64,000 nucleotides of DNA from Octopus vulgaris (GCA_951406725.2 OX597815.1:76818001-76882000), one strand, 5' to 3'. Positions 12,201-27,198 are shown, counted from the stretch's first letter. Notes: a model not told the origin generated them from the sequence alone. A program made the numbers and translations.

Positions 12201-14260
12201 TTGAAAAACAATTTTCCGGCCTGCATTTGCTGAATCTCCTTCAGCCACAACATCATAAAAACCTTTATACTTCTCAGCTTGTATCAGGGTTTGATTATTT
12301 TGAGCCCAAGTAAGGCAACAATGTTCTATTTTTGCCTGGACATCTACAGCATATTGCTGCATGAGTCGCCTTCTCTTCATGATAATGTTAGAGCCACCTT
12401 GTCTCACCTATAATCGATAACAGTAGAAATAAATGGGTGTGAGTGTGGTTGTTGTTGTCAACCTGAAACATCATTCCTCCAATGAAACAGTAACACATAA
12501 TGCATAAGAACGGTGCAACTGATGAATCCTCTGAAGACCACCATCTCTTTTATGAATAATGATATCCAAGAGACCTAATGTTGTATCAGGTTCAATAACA
12601 GCAATCTCGTATGCCATGGGAAGTCTGTATGTGCGACAATGACCTTCTTTTCAGCATGTAAAACAATATTCACATTTTCGGGGTTTGGTAATTCAATGAC
12701 TGCTTTGAAGCTTCTTATGTATGTGCTGTAATAGTGCAAATCTTCTTGCAGGTTCTGAGATATTTTGTTTTAGTATATCATCCATGAAGCTGTCATACTT
12801 GATCTTGAATACTCTTGCACATATATCAGGACAGTCCATAGTTTACCGGGGTACAGACTATTTTTATAATTTCATGCCATTTAGGATTGGTTATCACTGT
12901 AATGAAATAAGATGTCTTTCCCATATATTAAACTACAGTCATTGAGTTTTGGAAGCACTCATCATAGAAGCGAAGGGAACCATAGATTGAAGGTTGAAAA
13001 ACAATTTTCCGGCCTGAATTTGCTGAATCTCCTTCAGCCACAGCATCATAAAAACCTTTATACTTCTCAGCTTGTATGAGGGTTTGATTATTTTGAGCCC
13101 AAGTAAGGCGACAATGTTCTATTTTTGCCTGGACATCTACAGCATATTGCTGCATGAGTCGCCTTCTCTTCATGATAATGTTAGAGCCACCTTGTCTCAC
13201 CTATAATCGATAACAGTAGAAATAAATGGGTGTGAGTGTGGTTGTTGTCAACCTGAAACATCATTCCTCCAATGAAACAGTAACACATAATGCATAAGAA
13301 CGGTGCAACTGATGAATCCTCTGAAGACCACCATCTCTTTTTATGAATAATGATATCCAAGAGACCTAATGTTGTATCAGGTTCAATAACAGCAATCTCG
13401 TATGCCATGGGAAGTCTGTATGTGCGACAATGAAAATCAATGGGTTTTACCTTCTTTTCAGCATGTAAAACAATATTCACATTTTCGGGGTTTGATAATT
13501 CAATGACTGCTTTGAAGCTTCTTATGTATGAGCTGTAATAGTGCAAATCTTCTTGCAGGTTCTGAAAGATGACAACATCCAAATTAGAATGCGCCTCAAG
13601 CGATTCTGAAGCTCATTATCTGTACCATAGAAGTAGAGCTGTGCAAACTTGAGTGAAGCATCGCTTGGAAATAGTAATCCGATAATATGATAAACCATGC
13701 CTTGGATCTTAAATGTGACACTAAATCCTGGTGCTCTAATCTCTTTGCAACCATGGGAAGCTAAGGTAAGCACATTATTATATGCACGTATATTACTGAG
13801 AAAAGAATTTCCTGCTCGAGTGATACCGAAATATTTCAGCATATTTGATGGAGGAGGAGGTAATTGAGTGTTTCACTTTTCCCTAGAAACAGCAGAGAGA
13901 GTTTTGGGTTCATGAAGCTTTGCAGTACGGACAAACAGATGAAAAAAGACTTTCTATGTTATGTTGTGGCATTGTATGAAGAACATTATGTTCCTGGAAA
14001 GGTTCATCAGTAAGATTCTTTGCCAGACCTTCAATAGACCTGTTAATTTTTCTCTGAACATTTGTTATATTTGTTATATTTGTTAGTTGTTGTTGATGTG
14101 GTAAGTAAATTACATTTGAAGGTATTTGCTGAGATGTTTTAGAGCGATTATTGTTGAACTGAATTACTCTCCCCTCTTTTCGTGGTTGTGCATCTGCCGC
14201 CAAACGTTGAGATTTAGAAGAGAAATGTTTTCGGCATGCCATGTTGACTTTGCCACAGTC
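9245..14260 (-). pseudogene. Second, decayed Helitron Rep/Helicase coding region
   Basis: Fragmented ORFs carry NIRAYNN, LKFAQLYF, HUH motif VEWQKRGLVHAHIL (~11908-11958), Y2-type KYL*KY (~11490), YYLRMILHH, IIDEISM, SGDWKQILP and HGQMYFALSR, with many stops and frameshifts. Confidence 0.9.
11963..13565. repeat. Tandem direct duplication of about 0.8 kb (offset 793 bp) inside the decayed Helitron
   Basis: TGAGATATTTTGTTTTAGT at 11963 and 12756; duplicated ORFs 12135-12407 and 12928-13200. Confidence 0.95.
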
Positions 14261-14264
14261 TCGC

Positions 14265-14352
<88 letters not shown>

Positions 14353-14434
14353 GGTCCCGGGTTGAGTCGGGATTAACCACAGTAAATAAGGTACTCAATA
14401 AATAGCAGAGTAAAGTAATTTATTTTATAGAAGG

Positions 14435-14485
14435 AGCTTCTACAGGACTAGAACTGTTTCATTCAGATGAAATCTTCAGGAAGCT
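14435..14485 (-). ncRNA. Type I hammerhead ribozyme (left-arm copy)
   Basis: Reverse complement reads AGCTTC-CTGAAGA-TTTCATCTGAAT-GAA-ACAG(TTCTAGTC)CTGT-A-GAAGCT. Confidence 0.8.
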
Positions 14486-14528
14486 GGCTGTCAAAAAAAA
14501 AAAAAACAAGTTTTTTTTTTTGACAGCC

Positions 14529-14579
14529 AGCTTCCTGATGATTTCATCTGAATGAAACAGTTCTAGTCCTGTAGAAGCT
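14529..14579 (+). ncRNA. Type I hammerhead ribozyme (right-arm copy), GUA cleavage triplet
   Basis: Stem I AGCTTC/GAAGCT, core CTGATGA, stem II TTC/GAA (10.1-11.1 is U-U), GAA, stem III ACAG/CTGT, H17=A. Confidence 0.8.
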
Positions 14580-14587
14580 CCTTCTAT

Positions 14588-14639
<52 letters not shown>

Positions 14640-14772
14640 TATATATAAGTCTATATATATATATATATATACAATTAAGGGCTCCTAAATTAAGATGCCG
14701 AGTGCTGGGAACACAAAAAGGGGATGAATTTATCGAGAGTGAAAATCAAAAACGTTTACCGATAACTTTAAC

Positions 14773-14848
14773 AACTCGAACCGCGGTTTCTGCTTCTTTC
14801 TAGCAAAACACAGAATATGTTTGCTAAGGCTAGCTTCGTCAGCGAGTC
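14773..14848 (-). ncRNA. Type I hammerhead ribozyme with extended stem II (left-arm copy)
   Basis: Reverse complement of 15506-15581. Confidence 0.75.
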
Positions 14849-15505
14849 GCCTAAATTGAATCGAGGTCTGCAGCGATGTGGGACCATGTGTTGATCTCGA
14901 CTACTAGCAGATCTTAACTTTTCAAATCTCTGCGCAGACGCAAAACTTACACGGCAGTATAGGGCATGCCGGGAAGAATTTTACGAATAAATCCATCATG
15001 TAATATGCGAATATAAACAAGAAGGGTAGTAATATTATTTACTACCAGGTGCCCAAGCACAAAAGACGAATTAGTCATAAGACAAAAATATTATTCATAT
15101 AGAAAAATATTATTCATGTAGTTATACAATTAAGGGCTCCTAAATTAAGATGCCGAGTGCTGGGAACACAAAAAGGGGATGAATTTATCGAGAGTGAAAA
15201 TCAAAAACGTTTTAGGAGCCCTTAATTGTATAACTACATGAATAATAATTTTCTATATGAATAATATTTTTGTCTTATGACTAATTCGTCTTTTGTGCTG
15301 GGCACCTGGTAGTAAATAATATTACTACCCTTCTTGTTTATATTCGCATATTACATGATGGATTTATTCGTAAAATTCTTCCCGGCATGCCCTATACTGC
15401 CGTGTAAGTTTTGCGTCTGCGCAGAGATTTGAAAAGTTAAGATCTGCTAGTAGTCGAGATCAACACATGGTCCCACATCGCTGCAGACCTCGATTCAATT
15501 TAGGC

Positions 15506-15581
15506 GACTCGCTGACGAAGCTAGCCTTAGCAAACATATTCTGTGTTTTGCTAGAAAGAAGCAGAAACCGCGGTTCGAGTT
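15506..15581 (+). ncRNA. Type I hammerhead ribozyme with extended stem II and palindromic stem III, GUU triplet
   Basis: Reads GACTCG-CTGACGA-[A GCT..TAGCAAACATA TTC TGTGTTTTGCTA..AGC A]-GAA-ACCGCGGT-T-CGAGTT; stem I is ACTCG/CGAGT. Confidence 0.75.
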
Positions 15582-15794
15582 GTTAAAGATATCGGTAAAC
15601 GTTTTTGATTTTCACTCTCGATAAATTCATCCCCTTTTTGTGTTCCCAGCACTCGGCATCTTAATTTAGGAGCCCTTAATTGTATAACTACATGAATAAT
15701 ATTTTTCTATATGAATAATATTTTTGTCTTATGACTAATTCGTCTTTTGTGCTGGGCACCTGGTAGTAAATAATATTACTACCCTTCTTGTTTA

Positions 15795-15847
<53 letters not shown>

Positions 15848-16475
15848 GATAGTGAGAGAGTCATAATAATGGAAACTTTTAAACAGACGCGAATCTTTTA
15901 TTAAGTAATATTATTTATGCCTAATATACAAATAACCTTTATAGTTTAATAATTACATAATATATCCTGCTTACGTATCTGTGTTTGTGTTTATGTCCTG
16001 CAACTTACATCGATAAAATAAGTAACAGGCTTGAAGAATAACTAATGGGGATGATATTATTAACTAAATAATTTCAACTTGGTACCCCAACATGATCTAT
16101 GAGCAGCAAAATATTAAAAAAAAATTACCCTCTGTTTACGTTTGTTTACGTAAGTGTGTTTGCGCTTATGTGCTGCAACTGAGATCGATAAAATAAGTAA
16201 TGGAGATGATATTATTGACTAAATAATTTCATGGTGGTACCCCAACATGACTGCAGTCTAACACAATTCGAAAACTTAATTCTATAGATAGGAATCATTG
16301 GTTTTTGCATTATGTAATACGGTTAAAAATAATTTGCTCAATTCTTTTTTGTATTTTTTTTCACTTTATTACATTTTTTACGAACGCGAAGAAAAAGCTA
16401 TTTGTTTACATATGGAATTCAAACGGAAGTTTACATTTAAAACAGAAGCGAATGTTGTAATATTAAGCATTATAA

Positions 16476-17498
16476 TGTAACGCTTAGTGAAATACATTAT
16501 CTCTCTTTGAGAGATATAATACAAATGCGGACGTGGCGTATAACAGCCCGCCACCGGCTGTTTGGGCCCAGTTGTATCCGCTGCTCTGATTGGTTGGTTT
16601 TGGTGCAGTTTAACTCTTGCTTAATTTCGCGCCAATGTGTAAACCAACCAATCGCAGCCTTCTGATAAGGTCCCGTGACAGTCTTCTAAGTTCTCTTCTG
16701 GAGTCCACTAATCTCTTTAAAAGCTAGATCAACAAACCGTAATTCATCTTTGGTTCTAGTCCTTCTTAGGACTAACCTCTGATCACAAAGCACTCAACCA
16801 TGTTCCAGCGACTCAGCCAGTTCCAGCGACCGCGACATCAGCACCAGCAGCATTTCAGGACCTTTCTCCACCGTCGCCTTCACCACCGTTACCTCCACCA
16901 CCGTCGTCTTCATCAATACGTACACAGCAACATCGCCCAGGTTAAATTTCACGATGTTTGTGAATACTCACCAAGGTTAACATCTCAGTCTACCTGCGAG
17001 TTCCTTCTGTACCATGTAACCCGGCACAGGATAGCAGCTACAGCCTCTACACGCAGAGTAACCGGCTCTCCACTTTTGCCTCAACCTCATTGTTACAGAA
17101 CTAACTATTGTGTATCTTACTACTAACTGGTATTTATCTTTACCTTGTGTCTGATCTACTTCTAGAGCCCTGATAGACTCATGTCTATGCTCTGTATTTT
17201 ATCTCACACGCATACATCTTGTTTGTACGCACTTACACATTATTGTATGCATTGACGGCCTGTCTTATTGTTCTCTTATACGTACTTATGACACGAACAC
17301 ACAGACAAACACTTTGCTACCATCTGCTAACATCTAATAAAACCTTTCTCTTAAATTATACGGTTGTGTAACCTTTTCTCTTATTCCTTTTGGCACTTAT
17401 TCATTTATCCATATTTCAGATTTTATTGTAAGGCGACCGTAGAGTGTTTAAAGGAGTCATTCATTCGTCACCATCTCCGTTCGCACGGTCGTTCTACA
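16476..17498 (+). mobile_element. Solo LTR (1023 bp), probably Gypsy-type
   Basis: Termini TGTA...TACA with a 4-bp target duplication ATAA (16472-16475 and 17499-17502). It also has inverted CCAAT boxes (16588-16600, 16641-16653), TATA-like TTTAAAAG at 16716 and AATAAA at 17336. Confidence 0.75.
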
Positions 17499-17977
17499 AT
17501 AATTTATGTTTGATATACAAATAAACTTCACAGTTTAAAATTTTTTTAATATTTATTTACAATTTCTTCAAAGTAATATGACTTTTAATAACGTAAGGCA
17601 AAATAAACTGGACACAGTCTCACAGTTCTTCACTCATTATATTATAGAAGATAAATATTGAATCGTTCCCATACACAAGTAAGCACAATTTTTTAAAAGG
17701 GCAGTGAAGTAGTTTTCTCTCCAGAATGATATCTGTCTTACAGCACTCATTTACGAAAATATATTCCTGAAAATAAAGTAACCTTTATGTGATCACTGGA
17801 AGTGCTAGAAATGACGCTGACATCTTCATATCACACGCCACTGTCTAACAAAAGAAGGACACAATAAATAATGCAACCTATGATGTAAAAAAAACCTGTA
17901 TGACCGCAATTGAAACCCCTTCAACCAGAGATATGCTCAACCAAGTTTCATCTCTGGTTAAACAATCACAACTGATC

Positions 17978-18247
17978 CCTCTCACTCTCTCTCTCTCTAT
18001 CTATCAATCTGTCTCTCTCTCTCTCTTTCACTCACTCTCTCTGTCTATCTCTCTTTTACTCTCTTTCTCTCACTCTCTATTTCCCCCTCTCTCCCTCTCT
18101 CTTTCTCTCACTCTCTCTTTCCCTCTCTCTCCCTCTCTCTTTCACTTTCTTTCTCTGTCTCTCCCTGTCTCTGTCTTTCTCTTTCTCTCTTCCACCCTCT
18201 CTCTACCCACCTCTCTCTCTCCTCTCTTTCCTGGTTTCCTTCTCTCT
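17978..18247. repeat. Degenerate (CT)n polypyrimidine tract
   Basis: Direct inspection. Confidence 0.9.
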
Positions 18248-18870
18248 AAAATATTGTTATTATTTTTCGAGACCTAGGATTCGTAAGGCAGGTTATCCGG
18301 TTTCCGTGCGTGTAAGTGACCGAAATCACAACATACCCCACTGAGAGGAATGCCGGACCGTTGCAGGGTTCAACGCCAGCTACTTTGAAGGTGAACAAGT
18401 CGATTACATCGAATCCAGTACTCGGTTGGTATCTTATTTTATCGACACTGTAAAGATGAAGTGGTGAAAAGTAAAACCGAATCTCGGTAAGATTTCAAGT
18501 TGGAATGTGAAGAGCTGGAAGATATTTCGCTAAGTAGTTTGTCCGATATATTTACATTGTTTTAGTGTCACAAAACAGCTGAAATTACAAAACGTATAAT
18601 GAAGACATTTATCTAACACTTTTTTATTAGTCAAGAAAAGTTGTTGATATGCTGGTATTTTTCACCGCAGTTTAATAAAAGAAAATGTCATAGGTTATAG
18701 GTTACTCTTGTGGGTAATTACTGGTTCACTGTATTGCTGAGTTAAGTATGGTAGGGAAGTATGTGTAACTCAATATAGAACAAATATCGCTGGAAGAAAA
18801 CTGTTTTTCCATATTTCAAGCTGAATTCTATATTTTCGTGTGTATGCGTATATTTGCTTGTTTGTGCGTA

Positions 18871-19683
18871 TTCTTTTATTCTTTTATTTGCTTCAGTCAT
18901 TTGACTGCGGCCATGCTGGAGTACCACATTTAGTCGAACAAATCGACCCCAGGACTTATTCTTTATAATCCTAGTACTTATTCTATCGGCCTCTTATGCC
19001 GAACCGCTAAGTTACGAGAACGTAAACACACCAACATCGGTTGCCAAGCCATGCTGGAGGGGGGACAAACGCAGACACAGATAGACAGAGACAGACAGAC
19101 ACACACACACACACATACACACACAGCATTCGCCACCTCCCCTCGTTATGGCTCAGCAGCCCTTGCTGTTTGTTTTCACTCTCCTTCTTTTAATACCAAC
19201 TTTGACCCTCCGCAAATCCCAAATTTTATTTAATTTGCTATGCGGGAGCAACTGTTTTGACGAAGGCGCATCTTGTAACTGCTCGAAATGCGGAGGAGTA
19301 GATAAACAGATAACAACTGATGAAGGGTCGCCCTTTATGTTACTTGTCTTGTTTTCCATTTATTTCTTTCGTTGTTCGCAAAAAAGTTCGTATTCCACGT
19401 TTTCGTATTTCATGTTGTTTACGTTCTATGAGGTCTTGTACACATATATGCATATGTATATACATATATATGTAAGTATGTATATATATGTACGTATATA
19501 TATATATGCATATACATATTATATATATAAAGGGCGAGTTTCTTTCAGTTTTCGTCTACCAAATCTATTCACAAGGCTTTGGTCGACGCGAGGCTATAGC
19601 AGAAAACATTTGCTCAATGTACCACGCAGTGAAACTGAACCCGGAACCAGGTGGTTGGTAAGCAAGCTACTTACTACACAGCC
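18871..19683 (-). mobile_element. SINE family B interrupted by a ~310-bp insertion (19128-19440)
   Basis: SINE tail at 18871-19070 and head at 19533-19683. The insert lies in the internal microsatellite and is homologous to 27780-28110. Confidence 0.8.
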
Positions 19684-20149
19684 AATATGTGTATGCGTAT
19701 ATTTGCTTGTGTGTGTGTGAGTGTGTGTGAATGTGTGTTTGTATGTGTATTGATAATGAGTAAAGACTAGAGAGCTGATGTGGTGGAAAAGATGGGAATG
19801 TACACAGTTTGGTAGGGAAAGTATTTATAGGTGGTAGTCTCTGAATGCTCATTGAAGAATATTTGGTGACACTAAGTTAGGATATAGCAACGATAGAGGT
19901 GGGAGTGTTGGTGTTAGGTGGTGTAATGAGAGCAAAGTGGTGAAGATCGCTGTTAATAGAGAAACGTTACAAGAGGAAAAGGTGTGGAGGATGTGACAGC
20001 TTGTAAAGAAGGACAGATGCCCAGAACAATCGTAGACATATTAACAGAGAAGAACAAACACACATACACACACATACACACACATACACACACGTACACA
20101 TATTCAAACACACATATACATACATGCACATGCAGACGTGATTACATGG

Positions 20150-20760
20150 AAAACTTACCTAGACTGTTAGGGGTCGTCGTTGGCTAGTCCCTCAAATCCG
20201 AGGATTGATTTTTCCTCATGGACGAATATTTGGACAATTAATGCCGGTGGCGAATGTGGCTAACGAGGCTAATTCTCGTGAAGAACACACGATTGCAATG
20301 GTCACATGTAAATGTCGGAGTCGGTCATGGCTGCTACCCTCTACACTTCCATTGCCGTTATCTCTTTTCCTCATTTTTTATTCTTTCTCTATGAAACAAA
20401 ATTGTGTTATTGTCAGCTAAGGGGTCGAATCTGGTTAGCTTTAACGTTGACATTAGCTGATCTTTGTAGTGTCGAGGAGCGACACTTCTTTGTCATTTCC
20501 CGGTTGTCAGTTCGCTGAAGATTTGACGAGGATGTCTTTCATCGATCATCCTGGTGACGTGGCCAGCTTAACGAGGACGATCCTCGGTGATTAGGGATTC
20601 GATGCTCTCACTAGGCGCTCTTTCTGTCATGGAGATACTGGAGAAATAGTTAAATCACTTGATGTTCAAGAGAGAGCGAAGTTTCAGTTGATGAAAGCGT
20701 TCGAGCTTTTTGATGTCGCGACGATACAAGTCCAAGTTTCACAACTTATAGGAGAGTGGT
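20150..20760 (-). mobile_element. RTE-clade LINE 3' fragment, decayed
   Basis: Minus-strand translation across a frameshift gives ETWT..RRDIKKLERFHQLKLRSLLNIK and AGHVTRM, typical of the RTE ORF C-terminus. Confidence 0.7.
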
Positions 20761-21500
20761 ATGTAACCCTCATATTGCGAATAGAGTATTCTACAAAAGA
20801 AACGTAAGCACGGTCTCTGTTTCGCTTCCCTTGTTTATTATTAGACAACTACTCAACCAATTAGCCAATTAACTAATTGTTTGATTAATCCATCAATCAA
20901 ATAGCTGGTTTGTCAGAATTCTTTCGTGACCTCATAGATGACAAGCCCGCGTTACTCAATTGATGTTGTCTCTAAACTTCTGTTATGAAGGACTTATACA
21001 TTGATGAAAAAGTGTTGAAACTACACAGTGTGAACAAACTTCAGATATATGCTTGACTTAAAATAACATGAAAATATGAAAAATCAAAGTAATTCTCTCA
21101 CTAATTGAAATATGGTTATAATTAACGATAATTGATAAATGGGAGGTAATTAACGCTTAGTTAGTACACACAGGTAAAATAAAATATATTCAATAAAAGT
21201 TGCTTTCGTGGTTATATAATCGTTAATAAACATGAATGTATGAAGAAAATATTGGCTAAATATAGTAATTTCTCTTTAAAATACACACATATAATAATAT
21301 ATTACTTTATACATAAAATGATTTAATATGTATTTACACATATACAAACTACATACACACGTACGCTCAAAGAAACAGCACACGCACGCAGACCCCCCAC
21401 CCCAAAAAAAAACACTACCATAAATATATATGTGTATGTATATATATATGCATACGCACACACATATACACACAAATATATATATATATATATATATATA

Positions 21501-23420
21501 CGAGCAGAGATACCCGGCGTTGCCAGTGTCAAATGGTATTGAAGAATTACACCTTTACATTATCTCTAATGAACTGGAATACCTATAATTCGAATTTCAG
21601 CAAAATTGGAGATTAAGAATTTTAATGAAGGTTCTTTCTCTCTTTACACACCCAAACAAATATTTTAATCATGCCATATCTATCCCATAATACTCGTCTT
21701 TATGCCCAGATTCCTAAATCCAAATCTAATAAAATGTATTCAAAGGTTTTGCTCCTGAAAAATGGAGCGCATGGAGTACAAGGAGCACTACAATGTGGGA
21801 GTTAAGGTCACCATTAGGTGTGGTCTTAAAGTAAAGCAGAGAAGGTGAATTGTTGGGGATCTTTTTTAACATGTGTCATATTTATTGTTCAAATTTCTTT
21901 GAAATCGGAAATATATGAATGTTCACTGGGTTTGTAAAAGAGAGCAAAGCTAGAGGAAACCAAAAGACGAATGATCACAATAAGTATTCAGCTGCTCCAC
22001 CTAGTCGTTACCACTTCCTAATGTAGGATTCCTAACCATACAGGTAACCGGCACAGCCATAAGATGCATTACGGATCTATAGCAATTGGAAGGGCATGAC
22101 CCAACTCAAATAAACATTAAAAACTGTGTGACGTGAGGGCTAAGGAGAAATGAAAGAGTCACTTCTGGAGTTTGCCACTGATCACTATGCCGATAGGTAA
22201 CTGAACAGAATAGATTTGCAATCTATAAATGTCTTGGAATGACCAGTCACTTATCTGGAAAGGCCTTGAAATCAATGTTACCATCTGGGGACTATCTCTG
22301 ACCCAGTGATAATAAAAAGACTCAGAAGAAGTCTACAACCAAATAACTTTACTCAAAAATCACTTTGCAACTGAATCAGTGGAGGCAAATGTGCCTCTCC
22401 TTTACTCGACAATTTATGAATCACATTGCAGAAATCACAATCTAAGTATTTCTCAAAGCATACTCTTACACTGTTGTATTATTGAACTACAAATAACTCT
22501 CATCTTGTATCCTCGGGTGACTCGGGTGTATTCGTCTTGGTTTAGGAAAAATGACTAAATTGCAGAGGTCAAGCCCCCATTAAGAGGGTTTTACTAACTC
22601 CTAAAAAGTTGAAATTTTAGGAATATTACTTCATTTGTGTTTAATATTTATGGTTAAAATTTCATCAACAGCAAAAATATATGAATTTTCATGGGGATTA
22701 TGGCCTCTTTTGCGCTCCCTCACTTTAAAACATATACTGCATTACATCTGTCCTTATGCATATAATATAATTACCAAATTTCATAAAGTACTTTTGACCT
22801 TGTTCTGGATCATAAAAAATGACTAAAATTTAGGAGTTAAGGCTCTCATTAGGGGGTCTTAGAATGCTCATGAGATGCGGAAACTTTGGGAATGCTTCTT
22901 GATTTGTGTCACTTACCTGTGGTTGAAATTCCATCAAAACCGGAAATTTATGAATTTTCATGGGGAGTTCTGCCACCTTTAAGCCCCTTCAAATTCAAAC
23001 AAAACACTGCATTATACCTGCCCTTATGCATTGAATCTAAGTTCCAAATATCATAAGGATCCCTTCGGTAATATTGGTCCATGAAAAATGACCAACATTT
23101 GGGAGGGTTAAGCCTCCATTAGGTGGTCTTAGAGTCATCCAAAGAAATGGAAATTTTGGGTATATTTTTTAATTTATTTCTAATACCTATGGTTGAAATT
23201 TCATCAAAATTCGAAGCGTGTAAATTTTCAAGGGGGGTTCTGCCCCCCAACCCACCCTTTATGCCCCCTCATAATTATATGAAACATACGGCATTATCCT
23301 TCTCCATAGGCTTGGGTTTTGCATTCCAAATTTCATTAGGATCGTTCCAAATTTCAGTAGTTGTCGAGTCTATAAGTAACACACGAACACACACAAAGAC
23401 ATTGACTTTTACATATATAT
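21501..23420 (-). mobile_element. Non-autonomous Helitron-like element with three degenerate ~270-bp internal repeats
   Basis: The terminus CGAGCAGAGATACCCGGCGTTGCC nearly matches 6906-6930. Internal units start AAAAATGAC at about 22547, 22814 and 23084. Confidence 0.65.
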
Positions 23421-23514
23421 ATATATATATACATGTATGTATCTATGTGTGTGTATATATATTCACACATAAAATATACATGTATATTTGTATGTGTGTA
23501 TGTATATATGTATA

Positions 23515-23930
23515 TCTATATATATAAAACTGTAGTTGTGTGAATGTCTGTCCCCTTCGATTTAGATTCCTAACTACTCCCACATTTTGCGGTGCAGTTT
23601 AACCAAATTCGGGTATCTTATAGTCGTGATTCATATCGAGCCCGTCTGGGTATTAGCGCGCTTCTACGATGAGTCTACGATTTTAAAAATAATTTAACAT
23701 TATTTTTTATTCCATTTTAATGCATATTTTTTCGTGTGTCGATGGCGGCGGAGTTGGCGTCCATGGTCACACCTGCACCTGTGTTGCTTCTCCCCCTTCT
23801 TCCCTCCCTCGTGAAAAACAGAAATGGCTAAGAAAGCCCGAATTGGCATCTATAAGGGAAGTAACTCTCTAAAAATGCTTATATAGTTATTTCCTTTACA
23901 AACCCGAGCAACGCCGGGCGATACTGCTAG
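23515..23930 (+). mobile_element. Complete 416-bp non-autonomous Helitron
   Basis: Starts A|TCTATATATATAAAA and ends with the hairpin CCCGAGCAACGCCGGG, then CGATACTG-CTAG|T. Confidence 0.8.
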
Positions 23931-23994
23931 TATATTATATATTTAAAGAAAGATAGATTGATAGATACGATTGAGTAGGCAAACAAAAATATGA

Positions 23995-24320
23995 GACACT
24001 GCCTTGAAGAATTTTTTGTTGAATGAATCGACCCCAGTGTTTTTTTTTATTTTGATAAGCCTGGTACGTATTCTATCAGTATCTTGTCAAACCATTAAGT
24101 TATGGTGATGTAAGTAAACCAACACCACTTCTCAAGCAGTTGTCTATAAATGAAGAGGGAGAAACACAACACAAAGATACACACATGTACTGACATATAT
24201 ACATATATATACCATGGGTTTCTTTCAGTTTCCAACTACCAAATCCACTCACAAGGCTTTGGTTGGTCTGAGGCTATAGCAGAAGACACATGCCAAGTTA
24301 CCACCCAGCTACACCTGCAA
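23995..24320 (-). mobile_element. SINE family B, diverged
   Basis: Reverse-complement similarity to 1921-2303. Confidence 0.65.
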
Positions 24321-24344
24321 CTATATATATGTATGTATGTATAT

Positions 24345-24359
24345 ATATATATATACATA

Positions 24360-24395
<36 letters not shown>

Positions 24396-24510
24396 TGTAT
24401 GTATGTATGTATGTATGTATGTATGTATGTATGTATGTATGTATGTATGTATGTATGTATGTATGTATGTATGTATGTATGTATGTATGTATGATGTATA
24501 TATATATATG

Positions 24511-24576
<66 letters not shown>
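24345..24576. repeat. Compound (TATG)n/(TA)n microsatellite
   Basis: Direct inspection. Confidence 0.95.
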
Positions 24577-26651
<2,075 letters not shown>

Positions 26652-27198
26652 ATATGTATATATGTATGTATAATAGAAGACACTTTTTCCATATTGAAGT
26701 ATAATGATTCAGATTTTCTTACAAGTGTTTGCTTTTAAAGAAAAGTAGAATTTATATGTATGGTAATGTCTAAAGTTACTGTCTGAAACATTACTGAACA
26801 TAAATTGCTTTAAATGTCCAGCAATTTTATAAGACATGTTTTATGTAGTTGAGTGTGAATCTATATATAATGAATACATTTTGGTAGTGGCTCAAGATTT
26901 TATATAAAGAAAGAGGGAATCAAGAGTGTTTCAAATGAAAAGAGAGTTGGAAACAACTATCTCTGAAGGTTTCACTAATCGAAAGCTGGAACCTGGAACC
27001 ATGTGGTTGGGAAGCAAGTTTCTTATCACAAGCCCACTGTTGCATCTATATATGTATATGTATGTATATAGATTTATATGTATATATACGTGTACATATT
27101 ACATATACATCAATATATATATACATATATATACATGTACATGTATACTATACATCTATATATATATATATATATACATATATAAATATATATATAGT

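Larger units (their letters stand above)
14421..14593. repeat. Fold-back inverted repeat (~80-bp arms, An/Tn centre) between (TA)n tracts
   Basis: The arms are reverse complements apart from one substitution in the unique part. Confidence 0.95.
14671..15797. mobile_element. Fold-back element built from a ~455-bp HHR-containing monomer (about 1.2 units inverted against about 1.3 units)
   Basis: ACAATTAAGG recurs at 14671 and 15126; AGGAGCCC recurs at 15214 and 15668. The inversion point is near 15211 and both flanks are (TA)n. Confidence 0.9.

Noticed and set aside
16800-17126. His/Gln/Arg-rich 108-aa ORF
   Set aside because: It lies inside the solo LTR and derives from short low-complexity CAC/CAG repeats.
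22540-23350. Regularly spaced repeats considered as a CRISPR-like array
   Set aside because: These are whole-unit degenerate ~270-bp tandem repeats with no repeat-spacer structure, no cas genes and a eukaryotic context.
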